A stretch of DNA of 64,000 nt, taken from the IMG/VR virus record IMGVR_UViG_3300009158_000031, positions 190,394 through 254,393 of that record. One strand, given 5' to 3'. The first letter of the stretch is position 1. Each line of letters begins with the position of its first letter. Both the position numbers and the translations under genes were made by a program. The notes beneath the pieces are model-generated. The model made no database searches, was not told the DNA's origin, and saw only the letters and a program-made list of their open reading frames with translations. Below, one piece after another: positions 10,129-20,101 of this stretch.

Positions 10129-10190
10129 TGTTAATAACTTTTAGACTCGAAATTTTTTAATCTCAAGTTTTTGTATTATATTTGTTATAT
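10129..10190 (+). promoter_or_regulatory. promoter repeat copy 3
   Basis: TGTTAATAACTTT...TATTATATTTG. Confidence 0.75.
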
Positions 10191-10213
10191 TAAATTCATA
10201 TAAAATATACAAC

Positions 10214-10513
10214 ATGAAAAAATCATTAATTATTGCTTTATTAGCACTTCCTATTTTGAGTTACTCACAAACGGAAATGGGAAACTTTGCACAAGTAAAC
10301 TCTAAAAAAGATACGCTATTTCTTTTAGAAAACGATCCATTAACGAAGTTAACTTTCAAAATTTGGAAATCCGATTCTACTTGGAATGGACAAAATCCCA
10401 CTATCGTTTTCGTCAAAGCGAAAGAAATGGAAGAAATTAAATTTGCTTATTTTAGAAAATCTAATGAATTCGTAAGAATGAGAAAAACTCCCATCAAAAC
10501 TAAAAACAAATAA
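10214..10513 (+). CDS. exported protein
   Basis: Signal peptide followed by Gln (SYS|Q). Confidence 0.65.
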   Translation: MKKSLIIALLALPILSYSQTEMGNFAQVNSKKDTLFLLENDPLTKLTFKIWKSDSTWNGQNPTIVFVKAKEMEEIKFAYFRKSNEFVRMRKTPIKTKNK

Positions 10514-10521
10514 ACCATACA

Positions 10522-10770
10522 ATGAAAAACTCAGCAATGTTAATAACTGGTCTAGTAACCGTAGTATTTACCATCCTATTCGTATCAGCAATCTTTGCAT
10601 GGCCAATTCAATTACTTTGGAATCACTGCTTAGTTGGTGCAGTAAATGGCGTTAACCCTATTGGTTTCTGGCAAGCGCTAGGAATTCTAATCTTATTTAC
10701 TCTTTTATTCACACCTAAAACCAGTCAAATAACCAAAGATGAAAAACCAAATACTCCAAAAAATAGCTAA
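10522..10770 (+). CDS. two-TM membrane protein
   Basis: Hydrophobic; IGFWQALG motif. Confidence 0.65.
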   Translation: MKNSAMLITGLVTVVFTILFVSAIFAWPIQLLWNHCLVGAVNGVNPIGFWQALGILILFTLLFTPKTSQITKDEKPNTPKNS

Positions 10771-11104
10771 TGTAATTGATACATTACCTAAAGATTTAGA
10801 TAATTCTGAAATGATTAAACTTTTAGGTGATGCTCATTGGGAAATAGAAAACCTTTCTAAAGTATCCGATTCCTCTAAGAAAAATCAAAAAGTTATTATG
10901 AACTTCTTTGAAGAATATCAGAATATGGCTATTGATGCTGAATATATCTTGATGGATTATGTAGAAACTTCATGGTGGCATTTTTCTAAAAGACGTTCGC
11001 AAATGGCAAAGTATATTTGGTTAAGTAATAAACGAGTTTCTCTCTTTCAAGAATTGCTAATGAAAATCAAACCTGCAAGATTAGATGAAATGCTTAATAA
11101 CTAA
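10739..11104 (+). CDS. hypothetical protein
   Basis: Overlapping operon ORF. Confidence 0.6.
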   Translation: MKNQILQKIANVIDTLPKDLDNSEMIKLLGDAHWEIENLSKVSDSSKKNQKVIMNFFEEYQNMAIDAEYILMDYVETSWWHFSKRRSQMAKYIWLSNKRVSLFQELLMKIKPARLDEMLNN

Positions 11105-11516
11105 GGAAGATTTTCTAATTGCAGCAGAATTCGCAAATTCGGCTTATCAATACCATACTTCACACGGAAGAACGGATAAACAATTAATACATGATATTGT
11201 TATTGGTAAGCTCGGTGAAATTGCATACAAGAAAATTCTCGGCGATGCTATCAATGATACAGACTTAACGGTACATGAAGATCCCGATCCAGGTTGGGAT
11301 TTTGAATTGAAGAACGGTGATCGTATACAAGTAAAAACCGTTCAATCAAATTATCCATGGGTTTCCTTTGGTAATTTCTATTGGGATCGGTTAGCAATTA
11401 TTCAAATTGAAGGAAATGAATGTACTCTTATTCGAGATATGCATATAACAGAAGTTAAACCGATAGCAGAAAAATCTAAATTTAAAGGATGGTACATTCC
11501 ATCATATAAAATATAA
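11085..11516 (+). CDS. PD-(D/E)xK nuclease-like protein
   Basis: GKLGE...DPGWD...IQVKT. Confidence 0.55.
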   Translation: MKCLITKEDFLIAAEFANSAYQYHTSHGRTDKQLIHDIVIGKLGEIAYKKILGDAINDTDLTVHEDPDPGWDFELKNGDRIQVKTVQSNYPWVSFGNFYWDRLAIIQIEGNECTLIRDMHITEVKPIAEKSKFKGWYIPSYKI

Positions 11517-11517
11517 T

Positions 11518-11769
11518 ATGAAAAAGAAATCTGAATTTTGCACATACGATTCATCAATGATTCGTACATCTCGTTATAACTTTGAAACTAAGGATTTAGA
11601 AGTAGAATTTAATGGAGGTACCACTTACAAATTCGAAAATGTAGATACCGTAGATTATCTAGCATTTGCAAATAGTGAGGAATCTATCGGAAAATCATTC
11701 AATCAGCACATTCGTAAATACGAAGGTAAAAAAACCTCAATAGAAAATCACTCACCAACACATGACTAA
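11518..11769 (+). CDS. KTSC-domain protein
   Basis: SSMI..SRYN....LEVEFNGG..Y....V...SIGKSFNQHIR. Confidence 0.85.
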   Translation: MKKKSEFCTYDSSMIRTSRYNFETKDLEVEFNGGTTYKFENVDTVDYLAFANSEESIGKSFNQHIRKYEGKKTSIENHSPTHD

Positions 11770-12004
11770 AAAACGTAAAACCGTTAAAATGAAAAAGGTC
11801 GATATGGAAAATCGACTCAAATGGTACTTCCATAAAAGATGGAACACTATGTACAAAAAATTCTACATTATTCCTTCTTTGTCTTGGACTTGGAGTGCTA
11901 GTGGAGATTTTATCGAACAAGGAGTATATGCTCCCATGTTTATTCTAAAATTAGAATGGTTGCATTTTGAAGTAGGTGTTTACAATTATCACGAAATGTA
12001 CTAA
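11762..12004 (+). CDS. hypothetical protein
   Basis: Operon ORF. Confidence 0.5.
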   Translation: MTKKRKTVKMKKVDMENRLKWYFHKRWNTMYKKFYIIPSLSWTWSASGDFIEQGVYAPMFILKLEWLHFEVGVYNYHEMY

Positions 12005-12007
12005 TCT

Positions 12008-12364
12008 ATGAAAAGACTAATAAAAGCTTGGTTGCAGAAAAAATTAAAATCTTGGGTCTTTGATAATAAGAGTCCTTATTATAAAGAGCATAGGGTTATA
12101 CAAACTCCAACCGAAACTTTAAAACTTAGATCTACTGCTAGATGGTCGATTCAGGATTTACAAGAGATGCATACAGTACAAGGCTTAAGCGAAGCTCGTA
12201 TAATAGAGATGATTAAAATGGATTTGATACAAGATCTATTTAATCATGTTAAAGATTCTGGTGCTATTGAGATTGTTCAATATGACGAGCCTCCTGGAAT
12301 TTCAATGAATGGTCAAGGAATTCATTTTGACGCTAAATTAACAGTGGTAAAATCTAAACAATAA
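12008..12364 (+). CDS. hypothetical protein
   Basis: Operon ORF. Confidence 0.6.
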   Translation: MKRLIKAWLQKKLKSWVFDNKSPYYKEHRVIQTPTETLKLRSTARWSIQDLQEMHTVQGLSEARIIEMIKMDLIQDLFNHVKDSGAIEIVQYDEPPGISMNGQGIHFDAKLTVVKSKQ

Positions 12365-12570
12365 TGGCAAACGTAATAATAAACATAACCTTAAATGATA
12401 AACAACAAAAGAGTTTAGATATTTGGGGTAAGCATTTAACGGCTATATTTAGATCACGAGGCGATCTAACTTGGACAGTATCATCATGTGGAATTGGAGA
12501 TACCATCACGGTAACCAGTTCGCATGCACCTAAACATCCTTTAGATTTAACAGATGTTGACTCATGGTAG
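12364..12570 (+). CDS. hypothetical protein
   Basis: TAATG coupling; GIG...DLTDVDSW C-terminus. Confidence 0.65.
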   Translation: MANVIINITLNDKQQKSLDIWGKHLTAIFRSRGDLTWTVSSCGIGDTITVTSSHAPKHPLDLTDVDSW

Positions 12571-12580
12571 AATTTAAGAT

Positions 12581-12832
12581 ATGATAAAGCCTAATCTAAA
12601 TTTTTACAACGAATATTATGCATTAATAGATGTTAAAGATCGTGAGAAACTTATATCATTAACAAATAAAATGTCGGAATCAAAACCGGGTTTGCTACAA
12701 GAATCTAAATTTGAGCTAAAGGATAGATTGAATGGCGATATAGAAGTTTGGATATCTAATACAGCAGCATTTGATTATGCAACAAAGAGAATAATTTTCA
12801 ACTTCATTAATGCTCTTAACAAGTTTTATTAA
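12581..12832 (+). CDS. hypothetical protein
   Basis: Operon ORF. Confidence 0.55.
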   Translation: MIKPNLNFYNEYYALIDVKDREKLISLTNKMSESKPGLLQESKFELKDRLNGDIEVWISNTAAFDYATKRIIFNFINALNKFY

Positions 12833-12860
12833 TGATAATATCAAATCAGAAAAAGAAAAT

Positions 12861-13838
12861 ATGCAAAACAAACCAATTAAAATAATCGATGATGTTGAAG
12901 GACAGATTAGATTTATAGTAGAAAATCCAGTAGATAAAACCTATACCATGTACGCTAGAGACGTAGCTACTGGTTTATTAAGAGGAAAAACCAAAATCGA
13001 TTGTAGAATAAAATCACCTGAAGGACATTGGGTATGGTGGAATCCGCATCCTGGAACAGGACAAAGTAAAAGAAAAAACCTAGGTGACATTATTGTAGAA
13101 ATCAAAGATGGTGATAAAATGATTCAAACCGAATATCTTTATCGTCATGGACCAGGAAAAAAATTAATCGTAAAAGACCGAGAGGTTAGATATCCCGGAA
13201 ACCTTACTGACATATATCCTACGGTTTGGGAAATATTCATGGTAGATGATTATTACTCTGAATTTTTAAACATTGACAAAGGTGGAATTGTTGTTGATAT
13301 TGGATTTAATTACGGAATCTTCTCGCTATACGCAATAGACAATTTTGATCCCAAGAAAATATATGCGGTTGAACCAATGCCTTCTTGTGTAAAGATTGGA
13401 AAAAGAATTATGAACGAACAATCTGTTTTAGTTGATATTACCGAAGCCGCAATAACGCTTGAAAATGGTACGGTTTTCATGGACAATTATGAAAATCAAA
13501 CTAATTGTGCAACGGTAGTAGGTTCTAATATACGAACTGCAAAATTCTTAGAATCCGGACAAATACCAGTAAAAGGAATAAACATCAACGATTATCTAGC
13601 AACGATATCCGAAGATGAAATTGAATTAATGAAGATTGATTGTGAAGGTGGTGAAGAATTCATATTTGATACTATCTCACGCCAAAACCTAAGACGAGTA
13701 AAGAATTACATTATCGAATATCATAGTGAAGATATTTCCCAAAAGATTATTAATGTACTTAATTCGGTAGGATATTCAGTTTATCAAAGACCTTCTTGGA
13801 ATAATCATATAGGTACAATTGAAGCATATAAATTATAA
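12861..13838 (+). CDS. FkbM-family SAM methyltransferase with N-terminal extension
   Basis: VDIGFNYGIFS, AVEP, MKIDCEGGE, IEYH; start moved to MQNK. Confidence 0.85.
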   Translation: MQNKPIKIIDDVEGQIRFIVENPVDKTYTMYARDVATGLLRGKTKIDCRIKSPEGHWVWWNPHPGTGQSKRKNLGDIIVEIKDGDKMIQTEYLYRHGPGKKLIVKDREVRYPGNLTDIYPTVWEIFMVDDYYSEFLNIDKGGIVVDIGFNYGIFSLYAIDNFDPKKIYAVEPMPSCVKIGKRIMNEQSVLVDITEAAITLENGTVFMDNYENQTNCATVVGSNIRTAKFLESGQIPVKGININDYLATISEDEIELMKIDCEGGEEFIFDTISRQNLRRVKNYIIEYHSEDISQKIINVLNSVGYSVYQRPSWNNHIGTIEAYKL

Positions 13839-13850
13839 TAACATGAAAAC

Positions 13851-14108
13851 ATGAAAACCCAACTACCTAAAATTGAACTTCTTAATTTTGAAGGACCGGT
13901 ATTACAAGCCGTAAAACATAAAAACCTATACATCATTGTAGATGAATGGAAAGAAATTATTTCGGTTCTTCTAGAAGAAGAATTTCTTGAATTTTTCGAT
14001 GGCGCATTTTCCGTAATAGATTCTGATGGAAGAAATTGGAATATGAGCGAACATCATCGAGATGCCAAACAAACAGCAGAAAAAATACATAAATTTGTAA
14101 ACTTATAA
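13851..14108 (+). CDS. hypothetical protein
   Basis: Operon ORF. Confidence 0.6.
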   Translation: MKTQLPKIELLNFEGPVLQAVKHKNLYIIVDEWKEIISVLLEEEFLEFFDGAFSVIDSDGRNWNMSEHHRDAKQTAEKIHKFVNL

Positions 14109-14109
14109 T

Positions 14110-14319
14110 ATGCAAGACTTAATAGAATCTTTTGAATCGGTTAAGTATCGAATCAAAGCCGAAGGTATGGATTATTGCTTTAAGCATTACTCTAACTTCG
14201 AAGAAATTGAAGATAAAGAATTTCATAAACTAAGAAAGGCTTATATAAAAGCATCAGAGAACATTGAAGAGTATGTGAATTGTAAAATACAAGAACTCCA
14301 AAACGAAGATGGCGAATAA
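14110..14319 (+). CDS. hypothetical protein
   Basis: Operon ORF. Confidence 0.6.
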   Translation: MQDLIESFESVKYRIKAEGMDYCFKHYSNFEEIEDKEFHKLRKAYIKASENIEEYVNCKIQELQNEDGE

Positions 14320-15484
14320 CTCAATAATCAATTGGGAATTATATCAAAAGACTCTAAAACCTTCACATATACATATTGCAGAATTAGATTTTAAAATGAA
14401 AAACAAATTAGATATACAATATCAAGAACTTTTACAAACCATATTAGAACACGGGATTGATAAAGCAGATCGAACCGGAACAGGAACTCGTTCAATATTC
14501 GGTTATACTATTCGTCACAACATGTCAGATGGATTCCCTCTTCTCACAACCAAAAAGATGGCATGGAAATCTATCGTTACCGAGTTATTATGGTTCTTAA
14601 AAGGTGATACTAATATCAAGTACTTAGTTGATAATGATTGTCATATTTGGGATGGTGATGCTTATAAGAATTATGACAAACTTTGTATTGACACAAAGTG
14701 GATGGAACCGGTTAAAAAGGAACTAAATGGCGAAGTTTATGATATGGGAAGAAAATACGATCAAGAAGGGTTCATCAATCGTATCAAAACAGATGATGAA
14801 TTTGCTAAACAATGGGGAGATCTAGGTCCAATCTATGGTAAACAATGGAGAAATTGGGTTAGAAAAACTACACGAGACGAAAAGATTGTTGAACCTGGAG
14901 TATATGAAACGAGTATAGATCAAATCACAAACCTAATCAATGACATTAAAACAAATCCTGATTCACGAAGATTAATGGTCACTGCATGGAATCCTGCCGA
15001 ATTAGATCAAATGGTTCTTCCACCTTGTCATTATGGGTTTCAAATGTATACAAGAGAATTAGATCAAACGGAAAGAGTTATTCTAATGGATAAAAAATTA
15101 GGCGTTACGGAAAACCTTCCTGCATATTATACCGAAGATGAAATGATAAAACATAACATCCCAAAACGAGCAATCTCTCTTATGTGGAATCAACGAAGTG
15201 TAGATACCCTTTTAGGTTTACCATTCAATATTGCAAGTTATGGTTTACTATTAATGATGATTGCCGATGAAGTTAATATGGTTCCTGATCAGCTAATAGG
15301 TAATCTTGGAGATACTCACATATACAACAATCACGTCGATCAAGTAAAAGAACAAATCACTAGAACTCCATTTGAACTACCAACCGTTCATGTTAGAGAT
15401 GGTATTTTTTGTAGTTCTCATAATGATGTTATACTTCAAAATTACAATTCACATCCGGCAATCAAAGCACCTTTAAGTAATTAA
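14309..15484 (+). CDS. thyA: thymidylate synthase (with insertions)
   Basis: DRTGTGT, FPLLTTKK, ELLWF, LPPCH, QRSVD, PFNIASY, GDTHIY; start could be 14396. Confidence 0.95.
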   Translation: MANNSIINWELYQKTLKPSHIHIAELDFKMKNKLDIQYQELLQTILEHGIDKADRTGTGTRSIFGYTIRHNMSDGFPLLTTKKMAWKSIVTELLWFLKGDTNIKYLVDNDCHIWDGDAYKNYDKLCIDTKWMEPVKKELNGEVYDMGRKYDQEGFINRIKTDDEFAKQWGDLGPIYGKQWRNWVRKTTRDEKIVEPGVYETSIDQITNLINDIKTNPDSRRLMVTAWNPAELDQMVLPPCHYGFQMYTRELDQTERVILMDKKLGVTENLPAYYTEDEMIKHNIPKRAISLMWNQRSVDTLLGLPFNIASYGLLLMMIADEVNMVPDQLIGNLGDTHIYNNHVDQVKEQITRTPFELPTVHVRDGIFCSSHNDVILQNYNSHPAIKAPLSN

Positions 15485-15488
15485 CCCA

Positions 15489-15704
15489 ATGCAAATAATT
15501 CGTAGTATATTTCCATTTAAAATCGATCAACGAGTAGTAGATAGATTTATAGAAACCGGTGAAGTAGATGAACTTTACTTAAGAGTAATTTGCTTTAAGA
15601 TTATAAAAAATAAAGAACTGAACGAATTTGAAGATGTAATATTTCGAGGAAAAACCAAAGAAATAAACGAACTTATAATAGACATATCAAATTCAATTGA
15701 CTAA
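15489..15704 (+). CDS. hypothetical protein
   Basis: Operon ORF. Confidence 0.55.
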   Translation: MQIIRSIFPFKIDQRVVDRFIETGEVDELYLRVICFKIIKNKELNEFEDVIFRGKTKEINELIIDISNSID

Positions 15705-15709
15705 TTAAT

Positions 15710-16345
15710 ATGGGATTTGTAACAAGAACACTCAGAAAAACAATGTTGGCTACCACAAATTACGTGGATCCAAAAGAATCAATTCTTTTAGAATTAGGAA
15801 CTCAAAACGCATTCAATGATTTGACTGAACCTGAGAAAATAGACAAATATCCTATACGAAATATACTACATCGATATTTCAAAGCCTATCATACACTAGA
15901 TCTTCAAAAAGAAGATGGCGTAACAATCGTCGATTTATCCATATATCAACCTGGTTTATTTACAGCAAACATCATTACTAATATAGGAACAACAGAACAT
16001 GTTGAATATGAACAAGGCCAATTGAATTGTTGGAAGAATATACATAGTTGGTTAAAGATCGGTGGAATTATGATACATGAACTTCCTGAACTTGGCAGTT
16101 GGCCTGGTCATGGTAGATATTATGCAACTCGAGAATTCTTTCAAAGTTTAGAAGATTATGGATATCAAATTCTAGAATTAGACGATCATAAATTTAACAT
16201 AGGAAATTCTTTATGGTGTGTAATCCGAAAGGTAGAAGATGTTCCTTTTATGGATTACGATACATTCTTCTCTACTATGGCATTCGATCAAAGTGTTCCT
16301 CCTGCTGGGGTAATATCAAGCAATAACCCAAAAAACCTAATATAA
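15710..16345 (+). CDS. class I SAM-dependent methyltransferase-like protein
   Basis: LELGTQ, GTTEHV, LKIGG, HG.YY. Confidence 0.7.
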   Translation: MGFVTRTLRKTMLATTNYVDPKESILLELGTQNAFNDLTEPEKIDKYPIRNILHRYFKAYHTLDLQKEDGVTIVDLSIYQPGLFTANIITNIGTTEHVEYEQGQLNCWKNIHSWLKIGGIMIHELPELGSWPGHGRYYATREFFQSLEDYGYQILELDDHKFNIGNSLWCVIRKVEDVPFMDYDTFFSTMAFDQSVPPAGVISSNNPKNLI

Positions 16346-16489
16346 ATGATACGACGTTTAACCGCATTTATCGTGCTACTATTTTCTTTATTTACCTTTT
16401 TTCCTGCGATTTTTTTGCTTATTGATGCAATGATTAATGGAGATAATTGCGTTGCTAGAAGATTGTTCCTAATAATAGCCGAAGATTGA
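16346..16489 (+). CDS. small hydrophobic protein (47 aa, missing from ORF track)
   Basis: MIRRLTAFIVLLFSLFTFFPAIFLLIDAM...; starts right after the previous stop. Confidence 0.45.
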   Translation: MIRRLTAFIVLLFSLFTFFPAIFLLIDAMINGDNCVARRLFLIIAED

Positions 16490-16540
16490 TATAATCATCA
16501 AGAAGACAAAGTACGAAGATAAATAACATAAACGAATATT

Positions 16541-17365
16541 ATGTTATTGAAAAATGGATCTACTGGAGAAGACGTAAAAAAGCTTCAGACTAAATTAGGC
16601 TTAAATGCCGATGGTTCTTTTGGACCTGGAACAGAAGCTAAAGTTAAAGAATGGCAAAGTGCTAATGGTTTAACTGCCGATGGTATTGTTGGCGATGCTT
16701 CATGGGCTAAAATGTTTGGTACTACTCCGATTGCTTCTGCACCAATTGTTATACCGGCTTCTTCTTTTAAATTAGCCGCTCTTAAAGGACATGTTCCTGA
16801 TGCAGTTATTGCACAAATCCCTGATACGGCTGTAAAATTTAATATCACAACTCCTCTTCGTTTAGCTCATTTCTTAGCTCAATGCGGACATGAATCAGGT
16901 GGATTTAAAGCAGTTAATGAAAATCTAAATTATGGAGCAAAAGGTCTTCGAGGTACATTTGGTAAATACTTTCCAACCGATGCACTTGCTTCACAATATG
17001 AAAAAAAGCCAGAAAAAATAGCTAATCGAGTTTATTCATCTCGTATGGGTAATGGTGATGAGGCTTCTGGTGAAGGTTGGAAATATAAAGGTCGTGGATT
17101 TATTCAATTGACTGGAAAATCTAATTATGCAGCATTCGATAAAACCGTGGATGAAGATATTATTGCTACTCCGGATTTAGTTGCTACTAAATACCCTTTA
17201 ATGTCTGCAGCATTCTTCTTCAATAATAACTCTCTTTGGACTATATGTGATAAAGGTGCTGATGTTGCAACGGTAACTGCAGTTACTAAACGAGTGAATG
17301 GTGGTACAATCGGTCTTGAAGATCGCATCAAACATTTCAACGAATACTATAACCTACTTAAATAA
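16541..17365 (+). CDS. endolysin: peptidoglycan-binding domain plus GH19 lysozyme/chitinase
   Basis: LKNGSTGEDVKKLQ..DG.FG, FLAQCGHES, ENLNY, GRGFIQLTG, VNGG. Confidence 0.92.
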   Translation: MLLKNGSTGEDVKKLQTKLGLNADGSFGPGTEAKVKEWQSANGLTADGIVGDASWAKMFGTTPIASAPIVIPASSFKLAALKGHVPDAVIAQIPDTAVKFNITTPLRLAHFLAQCGHESGGFKAVNENLNYGAKGLRGTFGKYFPTDALASQYEKKPEKIANRVYSSRMGNGDEASGEGWKYKGRGFIQLTGKSNYAAFDKTVDEDIIATPDLVATKYPLMSAAFFFNNNSLWTICDKGADVATVTAVTKRVNGGTIGLEDRIKHFNEYYNLLK

Positions 17366-17367
17366 TT

Positions 17368-17652
17368 ATGGCAGACGAAAAAAATTCTACTTCAGGATTT
17401 ACTGATACCTTCTTTTCTAAATTAAAAGAGCAATCATTTACTATCATACTTATGATAGCCGTCATTTGGTATCAAGGTAAATTGATGGAAGAGAGAGTTG
17501 CGTATTGGCAAAAATTATATGAAGAGCAAAAAGCTTATACTGAGCAAAGTGTAAAAGAAGATAAACAAATTATGTTAGATCGAATTCGGTATCTTCAAGA
17601 ACAACGAGATAAGTATGTTGAAGATGCAATAAACGAATTAAAAACAAAATAA
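17368..17652 (+). CDS. single-TM coiled-coil protein, holin candidate
   Basis: One TM then charged coil; directly after endolysin. Confidence 0.5.
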   Translation: MADEKNSTSGFTDTFFSKLKEQSFTIILMIAVIWYQGKLMEERVAYWQKLYEEQKAYTEQSVKEDKQIMLDRIRYLQEQRDKYVEDAINELKTK

Positions 17653-17659
17653 TACTAAT

Positions 17660-18400
17660 ATGCAAACTTACAACAGTTTAAAAGAATTTCAAGATGCAGT
17701 ATACGCAGCTGCGGTAGGAAAACAAAGCCTTAATGCAATGTGTTCTACTCAATGTAAAAAAGGAACGGTAAAATCTAAAGTTAGATCTTCCAATGATGAT
17801 GGATCGTCGATGAATATGACTTCATCTAATCTAAGTTCAGTTGCACAAGATTATGTAGATAATCACCTTAAAGCAACTAAAAAAGTAAAACAAACTATTC
17901 AATTGACTGGTGATACGGTATCATATACATTTCATAAAATAGATCAATCTAGTTCTAGAACAACTTGTAATATTTCTGTTGATCGAAGTTTTTCAATTAC
18001 TGGTAATGTACAATATGGTGCTGCGAGTGTTACAGCAACTGCAGCATACTCAGATCATACCGATACGACAACAGATGATTATGAAAGTCATTATTCCGAA
18101 GATACTTGTACAATGACATTCAGTGGTTCAACTGGTACTGCCATAATTTATTACAACGCTTATACATGTAGTGATGCACCGACATTAAATGTTACTTATA
18201 CATTTGATACCATCACAATTAAAGCATCATGTACTTACAAAGGTGATACTGGAATTCCATTTGATAATGGTAATGCTCGTCATGAAACAAGAACTTATAA
18301 TCTAGCAGATCTAGGTTTTAGCGGACCAGTATGTATTAAAACTCCTACCGTTTTCGATGTTAGTTGTTCTGACGAATGGGTAAGTAAAGAAATGAAGTAG
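17660..18400 (+). CDS. Ser/Thr/Cys-rich beta protein, possibly aerolysin/ETX-MTX2-like
   Basis: Alternating hairpin SFSITGNVQYGAASVTATAAYS flanked by S/T tracts; fold is an inference. Confidence 0.4.
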   Translation: MQTYNSLKEFQDAVYAAAVGKQSLNAMCSTQCKKGTVKSKVRSSNDDGSSMNMTSSNLSSVAQDYVDNHLKATKKVKQTIQLTGDTVSYTFHKIDQSSSRTTCNISVDRSFSITGNVQYGAASVTATAAYSDHTDTTTDDYESHYSEDTCTMTFSGSTGTAIIYYNAYTCSDAPTLNVTYTFDTITIKASCTYKGDTGIPFDNGNARHETRTYNLADLGFSGPVCIKTPTVFDVSCSDEWVSKEMK

Positions 18401-18415
18401 TAGCATATAATAAAT

Positions 18416-19438
18416 ATGCAAATCTCTAATTATTTTAGTAAAGACAATCACCAAAGAGAAAGTAAACTCTTTGGTGAATTGTTATATTGTGGACACACTC
18501 AGCTAGTCCCACGAAATTTAGATTATTCAGTTTTAGCTAATACTGATAATCGATGGACTCTCATCAATAGAGATTATCAATATTTCATACAATCAAATGT
18601 TTGCTTACATCGACAAGGTGAAATTTGTAGTGGAAGCGGAAGCGGTAAAACGATGATGTGTAAAGCTCATTGTTGGACATATGACGTTGATGGTAAAATA
18701 AAAGGAACTCCTCATTTTGAAGAGAAGGTTGTTGGTGCACTAGAAAGAAAATCCCTAATCAATTTGAATGGTGCTCTTTTTTCAGGTCATGTGAATAATC
18801 TTATAGATCTAAAAGAAACTGGAGTAGATCATCTTATAGACCTTCATAAATATGATTTTGATAGCTCATCAAAGACAGAATATGCATTTAATTGGAAAAC
18901 TTTCGCTGAGGTTTATTTAGAAAATCTTCACATCTATGCAATGCATCCTGGATTACGTAAATTTGTAGATCCGCAAATACTCGAATGGCAATTTGGTCAA
19001 CAATGGTCACTACAAAAAATTGGTATTCGTCCTGATCTAAATGGTAATGATTCTGCATCATATACTGATATGATAGACTCTCTTAAACGAGACGGTATCA
19101 CACCGGAATTTGGAGCAGTTTGGATTTACATATATCCTAATATCATGATTGAATGGTACCCTAAAACAATTGCCATCTCTACCATTTATTCACCTGAACC
19201 AGAAGTTACCACCAATTATGTAGATCTTTTCTTTGAGAAAGGAACCACTGAAGAATTTAAAGAGATATTCAAACGAGTATACGCTGAAACGGCATTAGAA
19301 GACGAAGAAGCCTGTAGTATTATACATCGTGGTCGAAGAGCACTTTGGTTAAATGGAGAAACTGAAGGTGGACCCGTTCAACCTAAGCTAGAAGCCGGAG
19401 TAAAACACTTTTGGGATTGGTATAGCGATCAATCATAA
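18416..19438 (+). CDS. Rieske non-heme iron oxygenase alpha subunit
   Basis: CLH...CKAH Rieske motif; NWKTFAEVYLENLHIYAMH and ED mononuclear-Fe ligands. Confidence 0.88.
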   Translation: MQISNYFSKDNHQRESKLFGELLYCGHTQLVPRNLDYSVLANTDNRWTLINRDYQYFIQSNVCLHRQGEICSGSGSGKTMMCKAHCWTYDVDGKIKGTPHFEEKVVGALERKSLINLNGALFSGHVNNLIDLKETGVDHLIDLHKYDFDSSSKTEYAFNWKTFAEVYLENLHIYAMHPGLRKFVDPQILEWQFGQQWSLQKIGIRPDLNGNDSASYTDMIDSLKRDGITPEFGAVWIYIYPNIMIEWYPKTIAISTIYSPEPEVTTNYVDLFFEKGTTEEFKEIFKRVYAETALEDEEACSIIHRGRRALWLNGETEGGPVQPKLEAGVKHFWDWYSDQS

Positions 19439-19505
19439 CTTATTAACAATCAAATAAATAGTCGATCTTAATGATTGACTTTTGTCATATAAATAAAAAA
19501 TCAAT

Positions 19506-19835
19506 ATGTATAATAACCGTAGAAAATCATCAATGAAGAATTTGTTACTAATTGGATTAGTCTTGTGGATTGCGTTGTTAGGGTTTGCTTGGTTTGCCGA
19601 TCAAGGTGAATTAGTTATTATGAATCGTAAATATCTAAAAACTCAATTTACTTTGGATTCGATAAATATGGAACGCCAAAAATATATACAAACAATATCC
19701 GAATTAGAAGAAGATCTTCAAGATATACAAACTTCCATGAAAAAAACCGAAGATCAATTGATGCGATTGAATAAATTATATTGGATTGAAAAAAGTAAAA
19801 ACGACACAACTATAAAAACCGAAACAAATGAGTAG
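19506..19835 (+). CDS. membrane-anchored coiled-coil protein
   Basis: N-terminal TM then heptads; start may be 19533. Confidence 0.6.
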   Translation: MYNNRRKSSMKNLLLIGLVLWIALLGFAWFADQGELVIMNRKYLKTQFTLDSINMERQKYIQTISELEEDLQDIQTSMKKTEDQLMRLNKLYWIEKSKNDTTIKTETNE

Positions 19836-20067
19836 ATACCAATCACAAAAAGACAATTTACAAATAGCCTATGGATTCGATCATGCATTAGGTTATTGGT
19901 ACGACATGTGGGATACCAACCAACGAGAATCCGATGGATCTCCTCGACATATAGAAGAAGGATCTTCTATGAGGCGAATGTCTAGAGATACATTCGCTAG
20001 TCGACTAATGGAATTTCCCATATCACCTGATCATCTGCAAGCAATTGCACTAGATCTTCCCTTTTAA
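19828..20067 (+). CDS. hypothetical protein
   Basis: AYGFDHALGYWY; ends DLPF. Confidence 0.6.
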   Translation: MSRYQSQKDNLQIAYGFDHALGYWYDMWDTNQRESDGSPRHIEEGSSMRRMSRDTFASRLMEFPISPDHLQAIALDLPF

Positions 20068-20101
20068 CTCCTTCTCACCTTAAAAAATAAATACAACAAA
20101 A

